In this document: in pieces, positions 11,617 to 22,993 of the stretch
Layout of the letters: each line of letters opens with the position of its first letter
How positions within the stretch are numbered: the stretch's first letter is position 1
Assembly (NCBI GenBank): GCA_902619595.1
Contig: CACNFE010000006.1
Span: 3,194 to 67,193, forward strand
Source of the DNA: an uncultured Pelagibacteraceae bacterium
Lineage (GTDB): Bacteria > Pseudomonadota > Alphaproteobacteria > Pelagibacterales > Pelagibacteraceae
Length of the DNA: 64,000 nucleotides
Direction of reading: 5' to 3'
Position numbers and translations under genes: made by a program
Notes under the pieces: generated by a model
What the model was told of the DNA's origin: nothing
Seen by the model: the letters and a program-made list of their open reading frames with translations, nothing else
Databases searched by the model: none

Positions 11617-11904
11617 ATGACTATAGATCTTAAAACCATAAAACATATTGCAAAATTATCAAGAATATCTGTTGATGATGAAAAAGCTAAAAAACTAGCA
11701 GGTGATTTAAATTCAATATTTGATTTTATAGAAAAGTTAAACGAGCTTAAAACAGATCAAATTAAGCCATTAACCTCAATTGCAGAAACTTCTCTTAAAC
11801 TTAGAAATGATGAAATAAAAAGCCAAAATATGAGAGAAGAAATTATCAAAAATTCTCCTGAAAAAAATGAGGATTATTTTGTAGTTCCAAAGGTAATAGA
11901 ATAA
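11617..11904 (+). CDS. gatC: Asp/Glu-tRNA amidotransferase subunit C
   Basis: HIAKLSRI, YFVVPKVIE; first gene of gatCAB. Confidence 0.95.
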   Translation: MTIDLKTIKHIAKLSRISVDDEKAKKLAGDLNSIFDFIEKLNELKTDQIKPLTSIAETSLKLRNDEIKSQNMREEIIKNSPEKNEDYFVVPKVIE

Positions 11905-13361
11905 TGACAGATATCCCTAAGCAAACATTATCAGAATTAATTAATAATATTAAAACTAAAAAAATTTCATCTGAAGAGGCCACAAAGGCTTTTATAGACA
12001 GATCAGAAAAATCGAGAAAATTAAATGCATATATTACTGACAGTTTTGATAGGGCAATTAAAAAAGCTAAACAATTTGATCAAAATCCAAACTTTGATTT
12101 AAAGCTTCCTGGTATACCCATTGCAGTAAAGGATTTATTTTGTACAAAAGATATAAAAACAACAGCGGGTAGTAAAATATTAAATAATTTTATTCCCACA
12201 TATGAATCTACAGTTACACAAAATATTTGGAACGAAGGAGCTATTTTATTAGGAAAATTAAATTGTGATGAATTTGCAATGGGATCATCCAACGAAACTA
12301 GCTACTTTGGAAATGTACAAAGTCCAATCGATGAAAATTTAGTACCTGGAGGATCATCAGGTGGATCAGCATCTGCTTTAGCAGCAAACCTAACTCCTGT
12401 AACAATCGGTACTGATACTGGTGGATCCATAAGACAACCAGCATCCTTTACAGGAACTGTAGGATTGAAACCAACGTATGGGAGTTGTTCTCGATATGGC
12501 ATAGTAGCCTTTGCGTCATCTTTAGATCAAGCAGGACCCATGTCACAAAATGTTAAGGACTGCGCAATATTAAATGAAGTAATTAGTTCCTACGACGAAA
12601 AAGATTCAACATCAGTTGATTTTAAAAGAGGTAAGTACAGCGTAGAGTTATCGAAAAATATTAAGGGGAAAAAAATTGGTATACCAAAAGAATATAGAGT
12701 CGATGGTATGCCAAAAGAAATTGAAGAACTTTGGCAAAAAGGTATTAATTTTGCAAAAGATTGTGGTGCAGAAATAATTGACATATCACTCCCACATACG
12801 ACTTATGCATTACCAACTTATTATATAGTAGCACCCGCAGAAGCCTCATCAAATTTAGCAAGATACGATGGTGTAAAATATGGATTTAGATCTAAAGGTG
12901 ACAACTTAATAGATATGTATGAAAAAACAAGGTCTGAAGGTTTTGGTTCAGAAGTTCAAAGAAGAATTATGATTGGTACATATGTTTTATCATCTGGTTA
13001 TTATGATGCGTATTATCTTAAGGCTCAAAAAGTAAGAAATTTAATAAAAAATGATTTTGATGAGGCTTATAAAAAAGTAGATGCAATATTAACTCCGTCA
13101 ACTCCTAGCTCCGCTTTTAAAATAGGAGAAAAAAAAGACGATCCAGTATCAATGTATTTAAATGATATCTTTACAGTACCTGTTAATTTAGCGGGTCTGC
13201 CGGGCATATCAATTCCGGCAGGTCATGATAAAAAAGGGTATCCTTTAGGATTACAAATTATTGGAAAAGCTTTTGATGAACAAAATATATTAAACATAGC
13301 TTACTCAATGGAGGAAAAGATTAATTTTAAAAATAAGATAGCTGATTGGTGGATTAAATGA
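11904..13361 (+). CDS. gatA: Asp/Glu-tRNA amidotransferase subunit A
   Basis: Amidase signature [28 protein letters not shown]. Confidence 0.97.
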   Translation: MTDIPKQTLSELINNIKTKKISSEEATKAFIDRSEKSRKLNAYITDSFDRAIKKAKQFDQNPNFDLKLPGIPIAVKDLFCTKDIKTTAGSKILNNFIPTYESTVTQNIWNEGAILLGKLNCDEFAMGSSNETSYFGNVQSPIDENLVPGGSSGGSASALAANLTPVTIGTDTGGSIRQPASFTGTVGLKPTYGSCSRYGIVAFASSLDQAGPMSQNVKDCAILNEVISSYDEKDSTSVDFKRGKYSVELSKNIKGKKIGIPKEYRVDGMPKEIEELWQKGINFAKDCGAEIIDISLPHTTYALPTYYIVAPAEASSNLARYDGVKYGFRSKGDNLIDMYEKTRSEGFGSEVQRRIMIGTYVLSSGYYDAYYLKAQKVRNLIKNDFDEAYKKVDAILTPSTPSSAFKIGEKKDDPVSMYLNDIFTVPVNLAGLPGISIPAGHDKKGYPLGLQIIGKAFDEQNILNIAYSMEEKINFKNKIADWWIK

Positions 13362-14833
13362 GTAAAAATAAATCTGAGTATTTAATTAACAGAAAAGATA
13401 ATCAATATGAGGTTGTTATAGGATTGGAGGTTCATGCGCAGGTTACATCAGATTCAAAATTATTTTCAACATCTTCCACTAAATTTGGTGCAGAGCCAAA
13501 TACCCAAGTTAGTTTAGTTGATGCTGCCTTTCCTGGAATGCTACCTGTCATTAATGAATTTTGTGTTAAACAAGCAATTAAAACTGGAATTGGGTTAAAT
13601 GCAAAAATTAACAAACGTTCAGTATTCGATCGAAAAAACTACTTTTATGCAGATTTGCCCCAAGGATATCAGATTTCACAATTCAAAGATCCAATTGTAG
13701 GAGAGGGCAAGGTTATTTTAGATATGCCCGAAGGTCAAAAGGAAGTTGGTATTGAAAGATTACATTTAGAACAAGATGCTGGAAAGAGCATTCATGATAT
13801 TGATCCAGATAACACTTTGGTAGATTTAAATAGATCTGGTGTAGCTTTAATGGAAATTGTAAGTAAGCCTGATCTGAGATCACCAGACGAAGTTAGCGCT
13901 TATATTAAAAAACTTAGATCTATAATGAGATATCTAGGAACTTGCGATGGTAATATGCAAGAGGGATCTCTTAGAGCAGATGTTAATGTTTCTGTAAGAT
14001 TGAAAGGATCAAAGGATTTTGGAACAAGATGTGAAATTAAAAATGTGAATTCAATTAAGTTTATGCAATCAGCTATTGATTATGAGGCAAATAGACAAGT
14101 AGATTTAATTGAAGAAGGCAAAATCATTGATCAGGAAACTCGTTTATTTGATACAAAAAAAAACGAAACAAGATCAATGAGATCTAAAGAGGATGCTCAT
14201 GATTATAGATATTTTCCAGATCCAGATTTACTTCCCTTAGAAGTCTCTGATGAATTTATCGAAAAATTAAAATCTGATATTCCTGAACTACCAGATGATA
14301 AAAAAAAAAGATTTATAAATGAGTTTAAACTTTCACCATATGAAGCAACGATCTTAGTTTCTGATATTGAAATCGCAAAATACTTTGAACAGGTTGTGGC
14401 AAAGATGGGAAAAAATAGAGATATTAAATTAGCAGTAAATTGGATAACTGGTGAATTGTTTGCTCTATTGAACAGTAAAAATTTAGAAATTTCTCAAAGT
14501 CCAATAAGTGCAAAAAATTTATCAATACTAATTAACTTGATTAAAAATGGAACAATTTCAGGAAAGATAGCTAAAACTGTGTTTGAACATATGATTGATG
14601 GTGATCAAGATCCTCAAAAAATTGTTCAAGAAAAAGGATTAAAACAACAAAGCGACCCTAAGGCTCTAGAGGCTTTAATAGATAAAATAATTAATGATAA
14701 TAGAGAAAAAGCTATTGAGTACAAAAATGGTAAAGAAAAATTATTTGGTTTTTTTGTTGGACAAGCCATGAAAGCTTCTGGTGGCAAAGCTAATCCACAA
14801 TTAATTAATGAAATTTTAAAAAAAAAATTATAA
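13358..14833 (+). CDS. gatB: Asp/Glu-tRNA amidotransferase subunit B
   Basis: [38 protein letters not shown]. Confidence 0.97.
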   Translation: MSKNKSEYLINRKDNQYEVVIGLEVHAQVTSDSKLFSTSSTKFGAEPNTQVSLVDAAFPGMLPVINEFCVKQAIKTGIGLNAKINKRSVFDRKNYFYADLPQGYQISQFKDPIVGEGKVILDMPEGQKEVGIERLHLEQDAGKSIHDIDPDNTLVDLNRSGVALMEIVSKPDLRSPDEVSAYIKKLRSIMRYLGTCDGNMQEGSLRADVNVSVRLKGSKDFGTRCEIKNVNSIKFMQSAIDYEANRQVDLIEEGKIIDQETRLFDTKKNETRSMRSKEDAHDYRYFPDPDLLPLEVSDEFIEKLKSDIPELPDDKKKRFINEFKLSPYEATILVSDIEIAKYFEQVVAKMGKNRDIKLAVNWITGELFALLNSKNLEISQSPISAKNLSILINLIKNGTISGKIAKTVFEHMIDGDQDPQKIVQEKGLKQQSDPKALEALIDKIINDNREKAIEYKNGKEKLFGFFVGQAMKASGGKANPQLINEILKKKL

Positions 14834-14837
14834 GGTT

Positions 14838-15488
14838 ATGGGTGCAGACCTTAATATTACTAAACTTTTACAAGATTATATTCTTAAGTATGGCCTTAAA
14901 CTGCATCCAGTTCAAAAAGAAATTATAAATTATAATCTGTCGTTAGGAGATATTAAAAGAATGCAAATATCGATATCTCAATGTCAATTTCTTCATTTAA
15001 TTATTAAAGTTTCTAAAATTAAAAGAGTATTAGAAATAGGAACGTTTACTGGTTTAAGCACACTATCAATGGCATTAGCCCTACCCGAAGATGGCGAAAT
15101 AACTGCTGTAGATAAAGACAAAAATACAAGTAAGAAAGCAAATGAGTTTTTTAAAAAAGCAAAACAAGACAGCAAAATTAGCATGATTGTTAAATCAGCT
15201 TTAGAGGCATTAATGGAAATTAGAGACAAAAAATATGAATTAATTTTTATAGATGCAGACAAAATGAATTACAAAAAGTATTACGAAATTGCATTAAAGC
15301 TATTAGATAAGGAGGGTTTAATTATAATAGATAATGTTCTTTGGCATGGCGATGTAGTAGAGAATAATATAAAAGACAAAATAACAGATAGTATAAGAAA
15401 TTTGAATAATTTTATATCTAAAGATGAAAGAGTAGAAAAAGTGATTGTACCATTTGGAGATGGTATGACTATCTGTAGGAAATTATAA
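14838..15488 (+). CDS. Class I SAM-dependent O-methyltransferase (caffeoyl-CoA OMT/TrmR-like family)
   Basis: LEIGTFTGLS, FIDADK and IDNVLW motifs. Confidence 0.85.
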   Translation: MGADLNITKLLQDYILKYGLKLHPVQKEIINYNLSLGDIKRMQISISQCQFLHLIIKVSKIKRVLEIGTFTGLSTLSMALALPEDGEITAVDKDKNTSKKANEFFKKAKQDSKISMIVKSALEALMEIRDKKYELIFIDADKMNYKKYYEIALKLLDKEGLIIIDNVLWHGDVVENNIKDKITDSIRNLNNFISKDERVEKVIVPFGDGMTICRKL

Positions 15489-16393
15489 TGTTTAAAGTTT
15501 TAGGTTTTTACAAGTTTTTTAAAGTTGTATCCTTAAAAAAAAATAAAAAATTTATAAATGATCTTTTAATTTTAAATAATATTAAAGGTACAATTATTAT
15601 TTCAAAAGAGGGTTTAAATGGTAGTATTGCTGGGAAACCATTTAAAATTAAAGTTGTCTCAGCAAAAATAAAAAAATATTTTAAATTTAAGTATTTTGAT
15701 AGTGAAAATTTATCGCAAAGTATATTTCAGCCATTTCATAAACCAAAAGTAAAAATTAAAAAAGAAGTTGTTCCGATGAATTTACTTTTGACTAAAAAAA
15801 TTAAAAATAAAAATAGTCGTGTAAATCCAAATAAATGGAATTCTCTTATTAGCGATAAAAATACATATTTAATTGATGCTAGAAAACCATTTGAATATAA
15901 TGTGGGAACATTCAAGAAAGCAAATAATCCAAATATACAAAATTTTAGAGATTTTCCTAAATATTTAACAAAACTTAATAAGGATAAACCAATTGCAATG
16001 TTTTGCACGGGTGGAATAAGATGTGAAAAAGCTTCAGTATATCTTGAGAAAAAAGGTTTTAAGAATATATATCAATTAAAAGGTGGTATTATTAATTATT
16101 TAAAAAAAATTCCAAAAGAAAAAAGTTTATGGAAAGGGGAGTGTTTTGTATTTGATAACAGAGTAAGCTTAAAACACGGTTTAAATCAAGGGACATATTC
16201 AATTTGTAGTGGATGCAGGAAACCAATTTCTAGAACAGATACCAAATCAAAAAAATATGAATTAGGTGTCTCATGTCCAAAATGTCACGATATTTTAACA
16301 TCTTCTCAAAAAAAAAGATTTAGAATGCGTCAAAGTCAAATTAATCTTGCAAAAAACTCAGGAAAAAGACATATCTTCCAAAAACAATTTTGA
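15488..16393 (+). CDS. trhO: Rhodanese-domain tRNA U34 hydroxylase (YceA/TrhO family)
   Basis: EGLNG, KVKIKKEVV, MFCTGGIRCEKAS, GECFVFDNRV, C-terminal Cys cluster. Confidence 0.88.
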   Translation: MFKVLGFYKFFKVVSLKKNKKFINDLLILNNIKGTIIISKEGLNGSIAGKPFKIKVVSAKIKKYFKFKYFDSENLSQSIFQPFHKPKVKIKKEVVPMNLLLTKKIKNKNSRVNPNKWNSLISDKNTYLIDARKPFEYNVGTFKKANNPNIQNFRDFPKYLTKLNKDKPIAMFCTGGIRCEKASVYLEKKGFKNIYQLKGGIINYLKKIPKEKSLWKGECFVFDNRVSLKHGLNQGTYSICSGCRKPISRTDTKSKKYELGVSCPKCHDILTSSQKKRFRMRQSQINLAKNSGKRHIFQKQF

Positions 16394-16408
16394 CATTAGA
16401 TTTATTAA

Positions 16409-17758
16409 ATGGATTTACTGAATGATAAAATACCAAAACTAGTTAGGAAATTAGCTATACCTGCGAGTGTTGGTACTTTATTTCAAACTTTGTACAATAT
16501 TGTCGATACTTTTTTCGCAGGGAAAATTTCACCCGAGGCTTTATCTGCATTATCAAAATCATTTCCTATATATTTTGTTATTGTTGCAACATCCATAGGT
16601 GTTACTATTGCAGGCACATCTTTAATTGGTAATAGCATTGGTGAGAATAATAAAAATAAAGTTCTATATTTTTTTTCTAATGTAATTTATTTCGGAATTT
16701 TCATTTCAATATTGTTGACTTTTTTTGGTCTTTTTTTTTCTGAGAGAGTTTTCTTATTAATGGGATCTTCAAATGAGGTAACATCTCTTGGACTGGAATA
16801 TACAAATATAATATTTTCTGGGACAGTATTATTTATCCTTGTGGTATCACTAAATTCACTTTTACATGCTGAAGGTGACACCAAAACCTATAGAAATGCT
16901 TTAATATTATCTTTTTTTTTAAATATAATTTTAAATCCAATTCTTATATTTGGCTTTATGTTTATACCAGCGTTTGGTGTTAAAGGTATAGGAATTGCAA
17001 CAATTATATCTCAAATTATTTCATTTTTAATAATTCTATTTAAAGTCCTCCAAAACCAAAGAATTCGGGATATGTCGAGTGAATATTTATCAATCAGATT
17101 TACTTATTTAAAAGATATTTTTTTTCAATCCATGCCTATTAGTCTGGCGATCTGTGGATACTCAATAGCATCTGCAATTATATTTACTTACGTTGGTATG
17201 TCTGGCGAAGCTGCAGCAGCTGGTTATGGTGCTGCAACTAGAATAGAGCAGGTGGTTCTGCTTCCTGTTTTAGGAATAAATACAGCTATAATTTCAATTA
17301 TAGCTCAAAATTATGGTGCTGGTAATTATGATAGAATTAAAGAGTCTTATTATACTGCTATTAAATATGCTTTATTTATAATGATATTATCTGGTATTTT
17401 AATATTTATCACATCAGGAATTATTCCTACATTTTTTTCAGATAACCTTGAAGTAAATCACTTTGGAAAAAAATACTTGCAAATTTCAGCTTTCGTTCTT
17501 CCTGCATATCCAATTTTTTTTCTTTCAAATGGGTTCTTCATGGCTTTAAAAAAATCTGAAAATGCATTAGTAACAAATTTTTTTAGAAATATTTTACTAC
17601 CAGTTATTACTTTTTATGTTGCAACATATTTTATGGCTGATTTTAATACTTTTTTTTGGATTTGGGTTGTATCTAATTGGATATTTTCAATTAGTCTTTT
17701 GTTAATAGTTCTTTATTATATAAAAAAAAAATTAAATACGCTTAGCGCCATCGTTTAA
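16409..17758 (+). CDS. MATE family efflux transporter
   Basis: LAIP, YNIVDTFFAG, GDTKT, NIILNPILIFG, multiple hydrophobic segments. Confidence 0.9.
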   Translation: MDLLNDKIPKLVRKLAIPASVGTLFQTLYNIVDTFFAGKISPEALSALSKSFPIYFVIVATSIGVTIAGTSLIGNSIGENNKNKVLYFFSNVIYFGIFISILLTFFGLFFSERVFLLMGSSNEVTSLGLEYTNIIFSGTVLFILVVSLNSLLHAEGDTKTYRNALILSFFLNIILNPILIFGFMFIPAFGVKGIGIATIISQIISFLIILFKVLQNQRIRDMSSEYLSIRFTYLKDIFFQSMPISLAICGYSIASAIIFTYVGMSGEAAAAGYGAATRIEQVVLLPVLGINTAIISIIAQNYGAGNYDRIKESYYTAIKYALFIMILSGILIFITSGIIPTFFSDNLEVNHFGKKYLQISAFVLPAYPIFFLSNGFFMALKKSENALVTNFFRNILLPVITFYVATYFMADFNTFFWIWVVSNWIFSISLLLIVLYYIKKKLNTLSAIV

Positions 17759-18295
17759 CCACGACCAAAGATGACTGGAGAACGATCTTCTAACAAATAA
17801 ATTTACTTCATCTACATCTCTATTATGAATAATTACATCAATTTTATTAATAATGGTTTGAGTAACTGCACCTTTTTTATTTTTAAAATCATTAAAATTA
17901 AAAGGACAACCATTTGAAAATAAGTCGTATATTTGCGAACCTTTCATTTTAATCATTATAAATTGATCAGTGACATCTGTTATTGCTCCCAAGTTAATCT
18001 TATGAATATTATTTACTAAATTTTCTTCGATGGGATAGGTATTATTATTTTTTGCGATTTTGTCGTTAGAGTATATCATCCATTCGTCGGGACTTAACCA
18101 AAGGGCCGATATATTATTTCCTACTGTTGATGTATTTGACTCAGTAGGTAAAAGAATATCTAACAATTTTCCAACTTTTGAAATAAATTCTCTTTTTTTT
18201 CCTCTAATAATTAGTTTCATAACTGGACTTTCTTCATTAATTTTTAGATTATTAAAGTCCTTTGTTTCATTAATTGGTGAGTTATAATTAAGCAT
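17732..18295 (-). CDS. soxG: Sarcosine oxidase subunit gamma
   Basis: LWLSPDEW, VRRSFS; last gene of the soxBDAG run. Confidence 0.88.
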   Translation of the reverse strand: MLNYNSPINETKDFNNLKINEESPVMKLIIRGKKREFISKVGKLLDILLPTESNTSTVGNNISALWLSPDEWMIYSNDKIAKNNNTYPIEENLVNNIHKINLGAITDVTDQFIMIKMKGSQIYDLFSNGCPFNFNDFKNKKGAVTQTIINKIDVIIHNRDVDEVNLFVRRSFSSHLWSWLNDGAKRI

Positions 18296-21293
18296 TTAAT
18301 CTTTTATTCTCCTTATCAAGAAAAACTGGATCTGCAACGTGTACACTTATAATTTTATTTTTCATAGGTATAAATAATTTTTTACCCAACATATTTTTTC
18401 CACCTTTAACAACACCTAATGCAATTGATTTATTTAAATTTGGACTAAAATAGCTTGAGGTAATATGTCCAAGCATTTCTACAGGTTTTTTTGAGACATC
18501 AGCAACAATTTGAGCACCTTCCTCTAAAACTTCCCTTGGATCCTCCGTTACTATCCCAACCAGTTGTTTTCTATCTTCTCTAATTGTATCTGATCTATAA
18601 AGCGATCTTTTGCCTATAAAATCATATTTCTTCTTACTGACTATCCAATTCATTTGAAGATCTATAGGAGTTAATGTTGCATCAGTATCTTGTCCTACAA
18701 TTATAAAACCTTTTTCCGCTCTTAAAAGGTGCATAGTTTCGGTTCCATAAGGAGTGATGTTAAACTCTTTTCCAGCTTCCATACATTTTTCCCAAACAGA
18801 TTTACCAAAATTTGCTTGAATATTGATCTCATAACTCTGTTCTCCAGTGAAACTAATCCTCATTACTCGACATTTAATATTATCAATTTTTGCATTTTTG
18901 AAAGACATGTGTGGAAACTCTTCATCTGATAAATCCAAATCAGGTATAACTTTTTTAACAATTTTTTTACTATTAGGTCCACAAACACTAATGGTAGCAA
19001 AATGATCAGTTACTGAAGTTAAATATACATCAAGTTCAGGCCATTCTGTTTGAAGATAGTCTTCCAATTTTCCTAGAACTGTAGCTGCGCCACCAGTGGT
19101 AGTAGTCATTATATAATGGTTCTCATTAAGACGTGTAGTAACACCGTCATCATAAACCATTCCATCTTCATTTAACATTAAACCATATCTACATTTTCCA
19201 ATCGCAAGTTTTGACCAAGCATTTGTATAAACTCTATTTAAAAATTCAGAGGCATCAGAACCTTGGATATCAATTTTACCTAATGTAGATGCATCTAATA
19301 TTCCAGCACCATCTCTAGCAGCTTTACTTTCTCTTTGAACTGCATCAAACATGCTTTCACCTTTTTTTGGGTAATACCATGCTCTTTTCCATTGACCTAC
19401 ATTTTCAAATTCAGCATTATTATCAACATGCCAATCGTGTATCGGAGTTTTTCTAAATATGTCAAAAAATTCACCAACATTTCTTCCAACAATAGTTCCA
19501 AAAGTTAAAGGAGTATAAGGTGGTCTAAATGTTGTTGTTCCTAAATCTGACATTTTAACTCCACTAGTGTCAGATATAATTCCCAAAGCGTGCATATTTC
19601 CAAGTTTACCTTGATCAGTTCCCATACCAGTTGTTGTGTAACGCTTCACATGTTCTATTGATCTAAATCCTTCTCTAAGAGCTAACTTAATATCTTTTGC
19701 TGTAGCGTCATTCTGGAAATCAACAAATGGTTTACATTTACCAATTGCTTTATCAGATGGTAAAAGCCATATATTCCTTTTTAATATTTCCTTAGTAGAA
19801 TTTATTTTTAAGTCTTCAAAACTAGTTTTGTCAATTCCAAGAAAATTTTTTATATTTTGGTTAAAATTTTTAATAATTGTATTTAAATCAAATTCTCCAT
19901 TACATGAACCAATGCTTATCTGATCTGATGGATATTTACTTGGGATAAAAACATTATCTTCATTATCAAATTTGAGTTTTCCACCAGACTGAGTAAATAA
20001 ATGAACTGCTGGCGTCCATCCTCCAGAAATTCCTAGGCAATTACATTTAATTTTTATTTTTGATCCAGTAACTGATTGTCCATCTTTTGAAAGTTTCATA
20101 ATTGAAACTTCTTTAATTCTTCTATAACCGGAGGTATCAACGATAGTGTAGGAATTATATATTTTTATACCTATTTTTTCTGCGTGATTTGTTATTTCAG
20201 AATTTACTTTTTCCCTAATATCAATAATTGCATTTATTTTAATTCCCTTATTAAATAAAGATATGGCTGTTTCGTAAGCACTATCATTATTAGTAAATAA
20301 AATATTTTCTTTACCACAAACTACTCCATAATAATCAGAATATTTTTTAATTGCTGATGAGAGAATGATACCTGGTCTATCATTATTATTAAATATGAGT
20401 GGTCTTTCAATAGAGCCAGTTGCTGCAATTACTTTCTTTGCTCTAATTTTTAGTAATCTTTGTCTAATTTTGTCTTTCTTCTTATTTAATGGCAAATGAT
20501 CAGTTAAATTTTCTCTAGCTAATAAAAAATTATAGCCATGATAAGCTGCAACACTGGTTCGTGTTTTAATTTCTAAATTTTTGATATTTTTAAGATTGGA
20601 AATTTCATTTTCTAACCATTTAGAAGAATATTGATTATTGATTTTATTAAACTCTGAACTTTGATAAATAGTTGTTCCACCCAAATGAGGTTTTTCATCT
20701 AATAATAATGTTTTATAATTATTTTCAGCTGCTGTTTTTGCCGCCATTATTCCTGAAATACCTCCACCTATAACTAAAACATCGCAATGAATATATTTAT
20801 GTTCATATAAATCTGGATCTGGTTTTGTTGGTGACTTACCTAATCCAGCAGATTTTCTAATAAAGTATTCATATTTCTCCCAAAAACTTGCTGGCCACAT
20901 AAAAGTTTTATAATAAAAGCCAGCTGGTAGGAGAGGGGATAAAATATTATTTATACCACCAATATCAAAATTTACATTAGGCCAACAGTTTTGACTTGAT
21001 GCTTCAAGACCGTCATATATTTCAATTTCAGTAGCCCTGACATTTGGTTCAGTATAAGCAGTATTTCCATTTATCTGCACAATCGCATTAGGCTCTTCTG
21101 AGCCTGCTGTCATTATACCTCGCGGTCTATGGTATTTAAAACTACGAGCTACTAAATGAATACCGTTAGCAATTAAAGCTGAAGCTAGTGTATCGCCTTT
21201 AAAACCGTAATATGTTTTACCGTCAAATTTAAATGAAACTCTTGTAGTTTCATCAATAAAATTACTTGAATTAATTCTTAAATTTTTTGGCAT
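18288..21293 (-). CDS. soxA: Sarcosine oxidase subunit alpha
   Basis: GDTLASAL, RSFKYHRPRG, HVKRYTTTGMGTDQGK, GcvT-like C-terminus. Confidence 0.95.
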   Translation of the reverse strand: MPKNLRINSSNFIDETTRVSFKFDGKTYYGFKGDTLASALIANGIHLVARSFKYHRPRGIMTAGSEEPNAIVQINGNTAYTEPNVRATEIEIYDGLEASSQNCWPNVNFDIGGINNILSPLLPAGFYYKTFMWPASFWEKYEYFIRKSAGLGKSPTKPDPDLYEHKYIHCDVLVIGGGISGIMAAKTAAENNYKTLLLDEKPHLGGTTIYQSSEFNKINNQYSSKWLENEISNLKNIKNLEIKTRTSVAAYHGYNFLLARENLTDHLPLNKKKDKIRQRLLKIRAKKVIAATGSIERPLIFNNNDRPGIILSSAIKKYSDYYGVVCGKENILFTNNDSAYETAISLFNKGIKINAIIDIREKVNSEITNHAEKIGIKIYNSYTIVDTSGYRRIKEVSIMKLSKDGQSVTGSKIKIKCNCLGISGGWTPAVHLFTQSGGKLKFDNEDNVFIPSKYPSDQISIGSCNGEFDLNTIIKNFNQNIKNFLGIDKTSFEDLKINSTKEILKRNIWLLPSDKAIGKCKPFVDFQNDATAKDIKLALREGFRSIEHVKRYTTTGMGTDQGKLGNMHALGIISDTSGVKMSDLGTTTFRPPYTPLTFGTIVGRNVGEFFDIFRKTPIHDWHVDNNAEFENVGQWKRAWYYPKKGESMFDAVQRESKAARDGAGILDASTLGKIDIQGSDASEFLNRVYTNAWSKLAIGKCRYGLMLNEDGMVYDDGVTTRLNENHYIMTTTTGGAATVLGKLEDYLQTEWPELDVYLTSVTDHFATISVCGPNSKKIVKKVIPDLDLSDEEFPHMSFKNAKIDNIKCRVMRISFTGEQSYEINIQANFGKSVWEKCMEAGKEFNITPYGTETMHLLRAEKGFIIVGQDTDATLTPIDLQMNWIVSKKKYDFIGKRSLYRSDTIREDRKQLVGIVTEDPREVLEEGAQIVADVSKKPVEMLGHITSSYFSPNLNKSIALGVVKGGKNMLGKKLFIPMKNKIISVHVADPVFLDKENKRLNA

Positions 21294-21297
21294 ACAA

Positions 21298-21573
21298 TTA
21301 TTTTATAGGTGGTTTTTCTCCCATTTTATATACTGCGTGTATTTGATCATTTGTGGTATCTCTGACCATATTAAACCATTTTCTACAACCGTGTACATGT
21401 ACCCATCTCTCAAATTGAATACCTTTAATATTTTTTCGCATAAATAAATATTCTGCCCACTGGTCGTCACTAAGTTCTGTTGGTTGTTTTGGTCTTTCTA
21501 TATGAGCTTCTCCACCTGCTTTAAATTCGCTTTGTTCTCTTTCACCGCAATATGGACAATTAATTATAAACAT
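21298..21573 (-). CDS. soxD: Sarcosine oxidase subunit delta
   Basis: CPYCGER, ERWVHVHGCRKWF. Confidence 0.95.
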   Translation of the reverse strand: MFIINCPYCGEREQSEFKAGGEAHIERPKQPTELSDDQWAEYLFMRKNIKGIQFERWVHVHGCRKWFNMVRDTTNDQIHAVYKMGEKPPIK

Positions 21574-22826
21574 CAGTGAGCAACTGCGGCAGCTCCATGC
21601 TCATCAACAAGATCTCCACTTACAAATCTATTTATATTGAACGCTGCATTTAATTTATGAGGTTCATCATTTGCAATTGTATGAGCAAATAAATCTCCAG
21701 ATCCAGGTGTTGCTTTAAATCCACCTGTACCCCAACCGCAATTAAAGTATAAACCTTTAATAGGAGTTTTACTTATTATTGGACTTGCATCAGGACAAAT
21801 ATCAACAATACCACCCCATTGCCTCAACATTCTCATTCGACTAAAAATTGGGTAGAGTTCAAGAATTGCATGTAATGTTCCCTCTACAATATCATGACTA
21901 CCTTTTTGAGAATAAGAAACGTAGTCATCTGTTCCAGCGCCTATAACTAATTCACCTTTGTCAGATTGACTTACGTATGCGTGTACTGCATTTGACATTA
22001 CAACAGTATCAATAATTGGTTTGACTGGCTCCGAAACAAGTGCTTGCAAAGGTTTGCTTTCTAAAGGAAGTTTTAGGCCTGCCATGTTTGCTATAACACT
22101 TGAATGCCCTGCAGCAACTACACCAATTTTTTTTGTTTTTATAAATCCTTTTGTAGTTTCTAGTCCTTCAACTGTATCTCCATTTCTTTTAATACCTTTA
22201 ACTTCACAATTTTGAATTATATCCACTCCCATTTCATCAGCACCTCTTGCATAACCCCAGGCAACAGCATCATGTCTAGCTGTACCCGCTCTTTTTTGAA
22301 GTGTTCCACCTAATACTGGATATCTTATATTTGGTGAAGTATTTATAATTGGACAAAATTTTTTGACTTCTTCAGTTGATAGCCAAACCGCATCCACTCC
22401 ATTTAATCTGTTAGCATGTGTTCTTCTTTTTAAATCCCTTACATCTTGAAGGTTATGTGCTAAATTCATAACACCTCTTTGACTAAACATTACATTATAA
22501 TTTAATTCTTGTGAAAGACCTTCCCATATTTTTAAAGCATGATCGTATAATCCTGCACTAGCATCCCAAAGATAATTAGATCTAATTATTGTAGTATTTC
22601 GCCCAGTATTACCACCACCAATCCAACCTTTTTCTAAAACAGCTATATTTCTCAAGTTATGTTTTTTGGCTAGATAGTAAGCTGTAGCTAAACCATGACC
22701 GCCACCCCCAACTATGATTGCGTCGTACTCTTTTTTTGGCTCTGGATCTCTCCATGCTCTTTGCCAATTTTCATGATCAGTTAGAGCATTTTTAAATAAT
22801 GAGAAAATCGAATATTTATTTTTCAT
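21573..22826 (-). CDS. soxB: Sarcosine oxidase subunit beta
   Basis: [41 protein letters not shown]. Confidence 0.96.
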   Translation of the reverse strand: MKNKYSIFSLFKNALTDHENWQRAWRDPEPKKEYDAIIVGGGGHGLATAYYLAKKHNLRNIAVLEKGWIGGGNTGRNTTIIRSNYLWDASAGLYDHALKIWEGLSQELNYNVMFSQRGVMNLAHNLQDVRDLKRRTHANRLNGVDAVWLSTEEVKKFCPIINTSPNIRYPVLGGTLQKRAGTARHDAVAWGYARGADEMGVDIIQNCEVKGIKRNGDTVEGLETTKGFIKTKKIGVVAAGHSSVIANMAGLKLPLESKPLQALVSEPVKPIIDTVVMSNAVHAYVSQSDKGELVIGAGTDDYVSYSQKGSHDIVEGTLHAILELYPIFSRMRMLRQWGGIVDICPDASPIISKTPIKGLYFNCGWGTGGFKATPGSGDLFAHTIANDEPHKLNAAFNINRFVSGDLVDEHGAAAVAH

Positions 22827-22891
22827 AATTTTAGCTGAAAATACTTGATTAATATTGAATATTCAATGATTTCAAGTTACACATTTAGCAC

Positions 22892-22986
22892 GGAAGGATG
22901 GGTGAGCTGGTTTAAACCAGCGGTTTGCTAAACCGCCGTACGCTTGAAAAGGTGTACCGAGGGTTCGAATCCCTCTCCTTCCGCCA
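22892..22986 (+). tRNA. tRNA-Ser(GCT)
   Basis: Acceptor stem GGAAGGA/TCCTTCC, anticodon arm GCGGT-TTGCTAA-ACCGC, long variable arm, GGTTCGAATCC T-loop, encoded CCA. Confidence 0.96.
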
Positions 22987-22993
22987 TTAATTT

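Noticed and set aside
22827-22891. Glycine riboswitch ahead of soxB
   Set aside because: Only 65 AT-rich bp separate soxB from tRNA-Ser, with no aptamer motifs.
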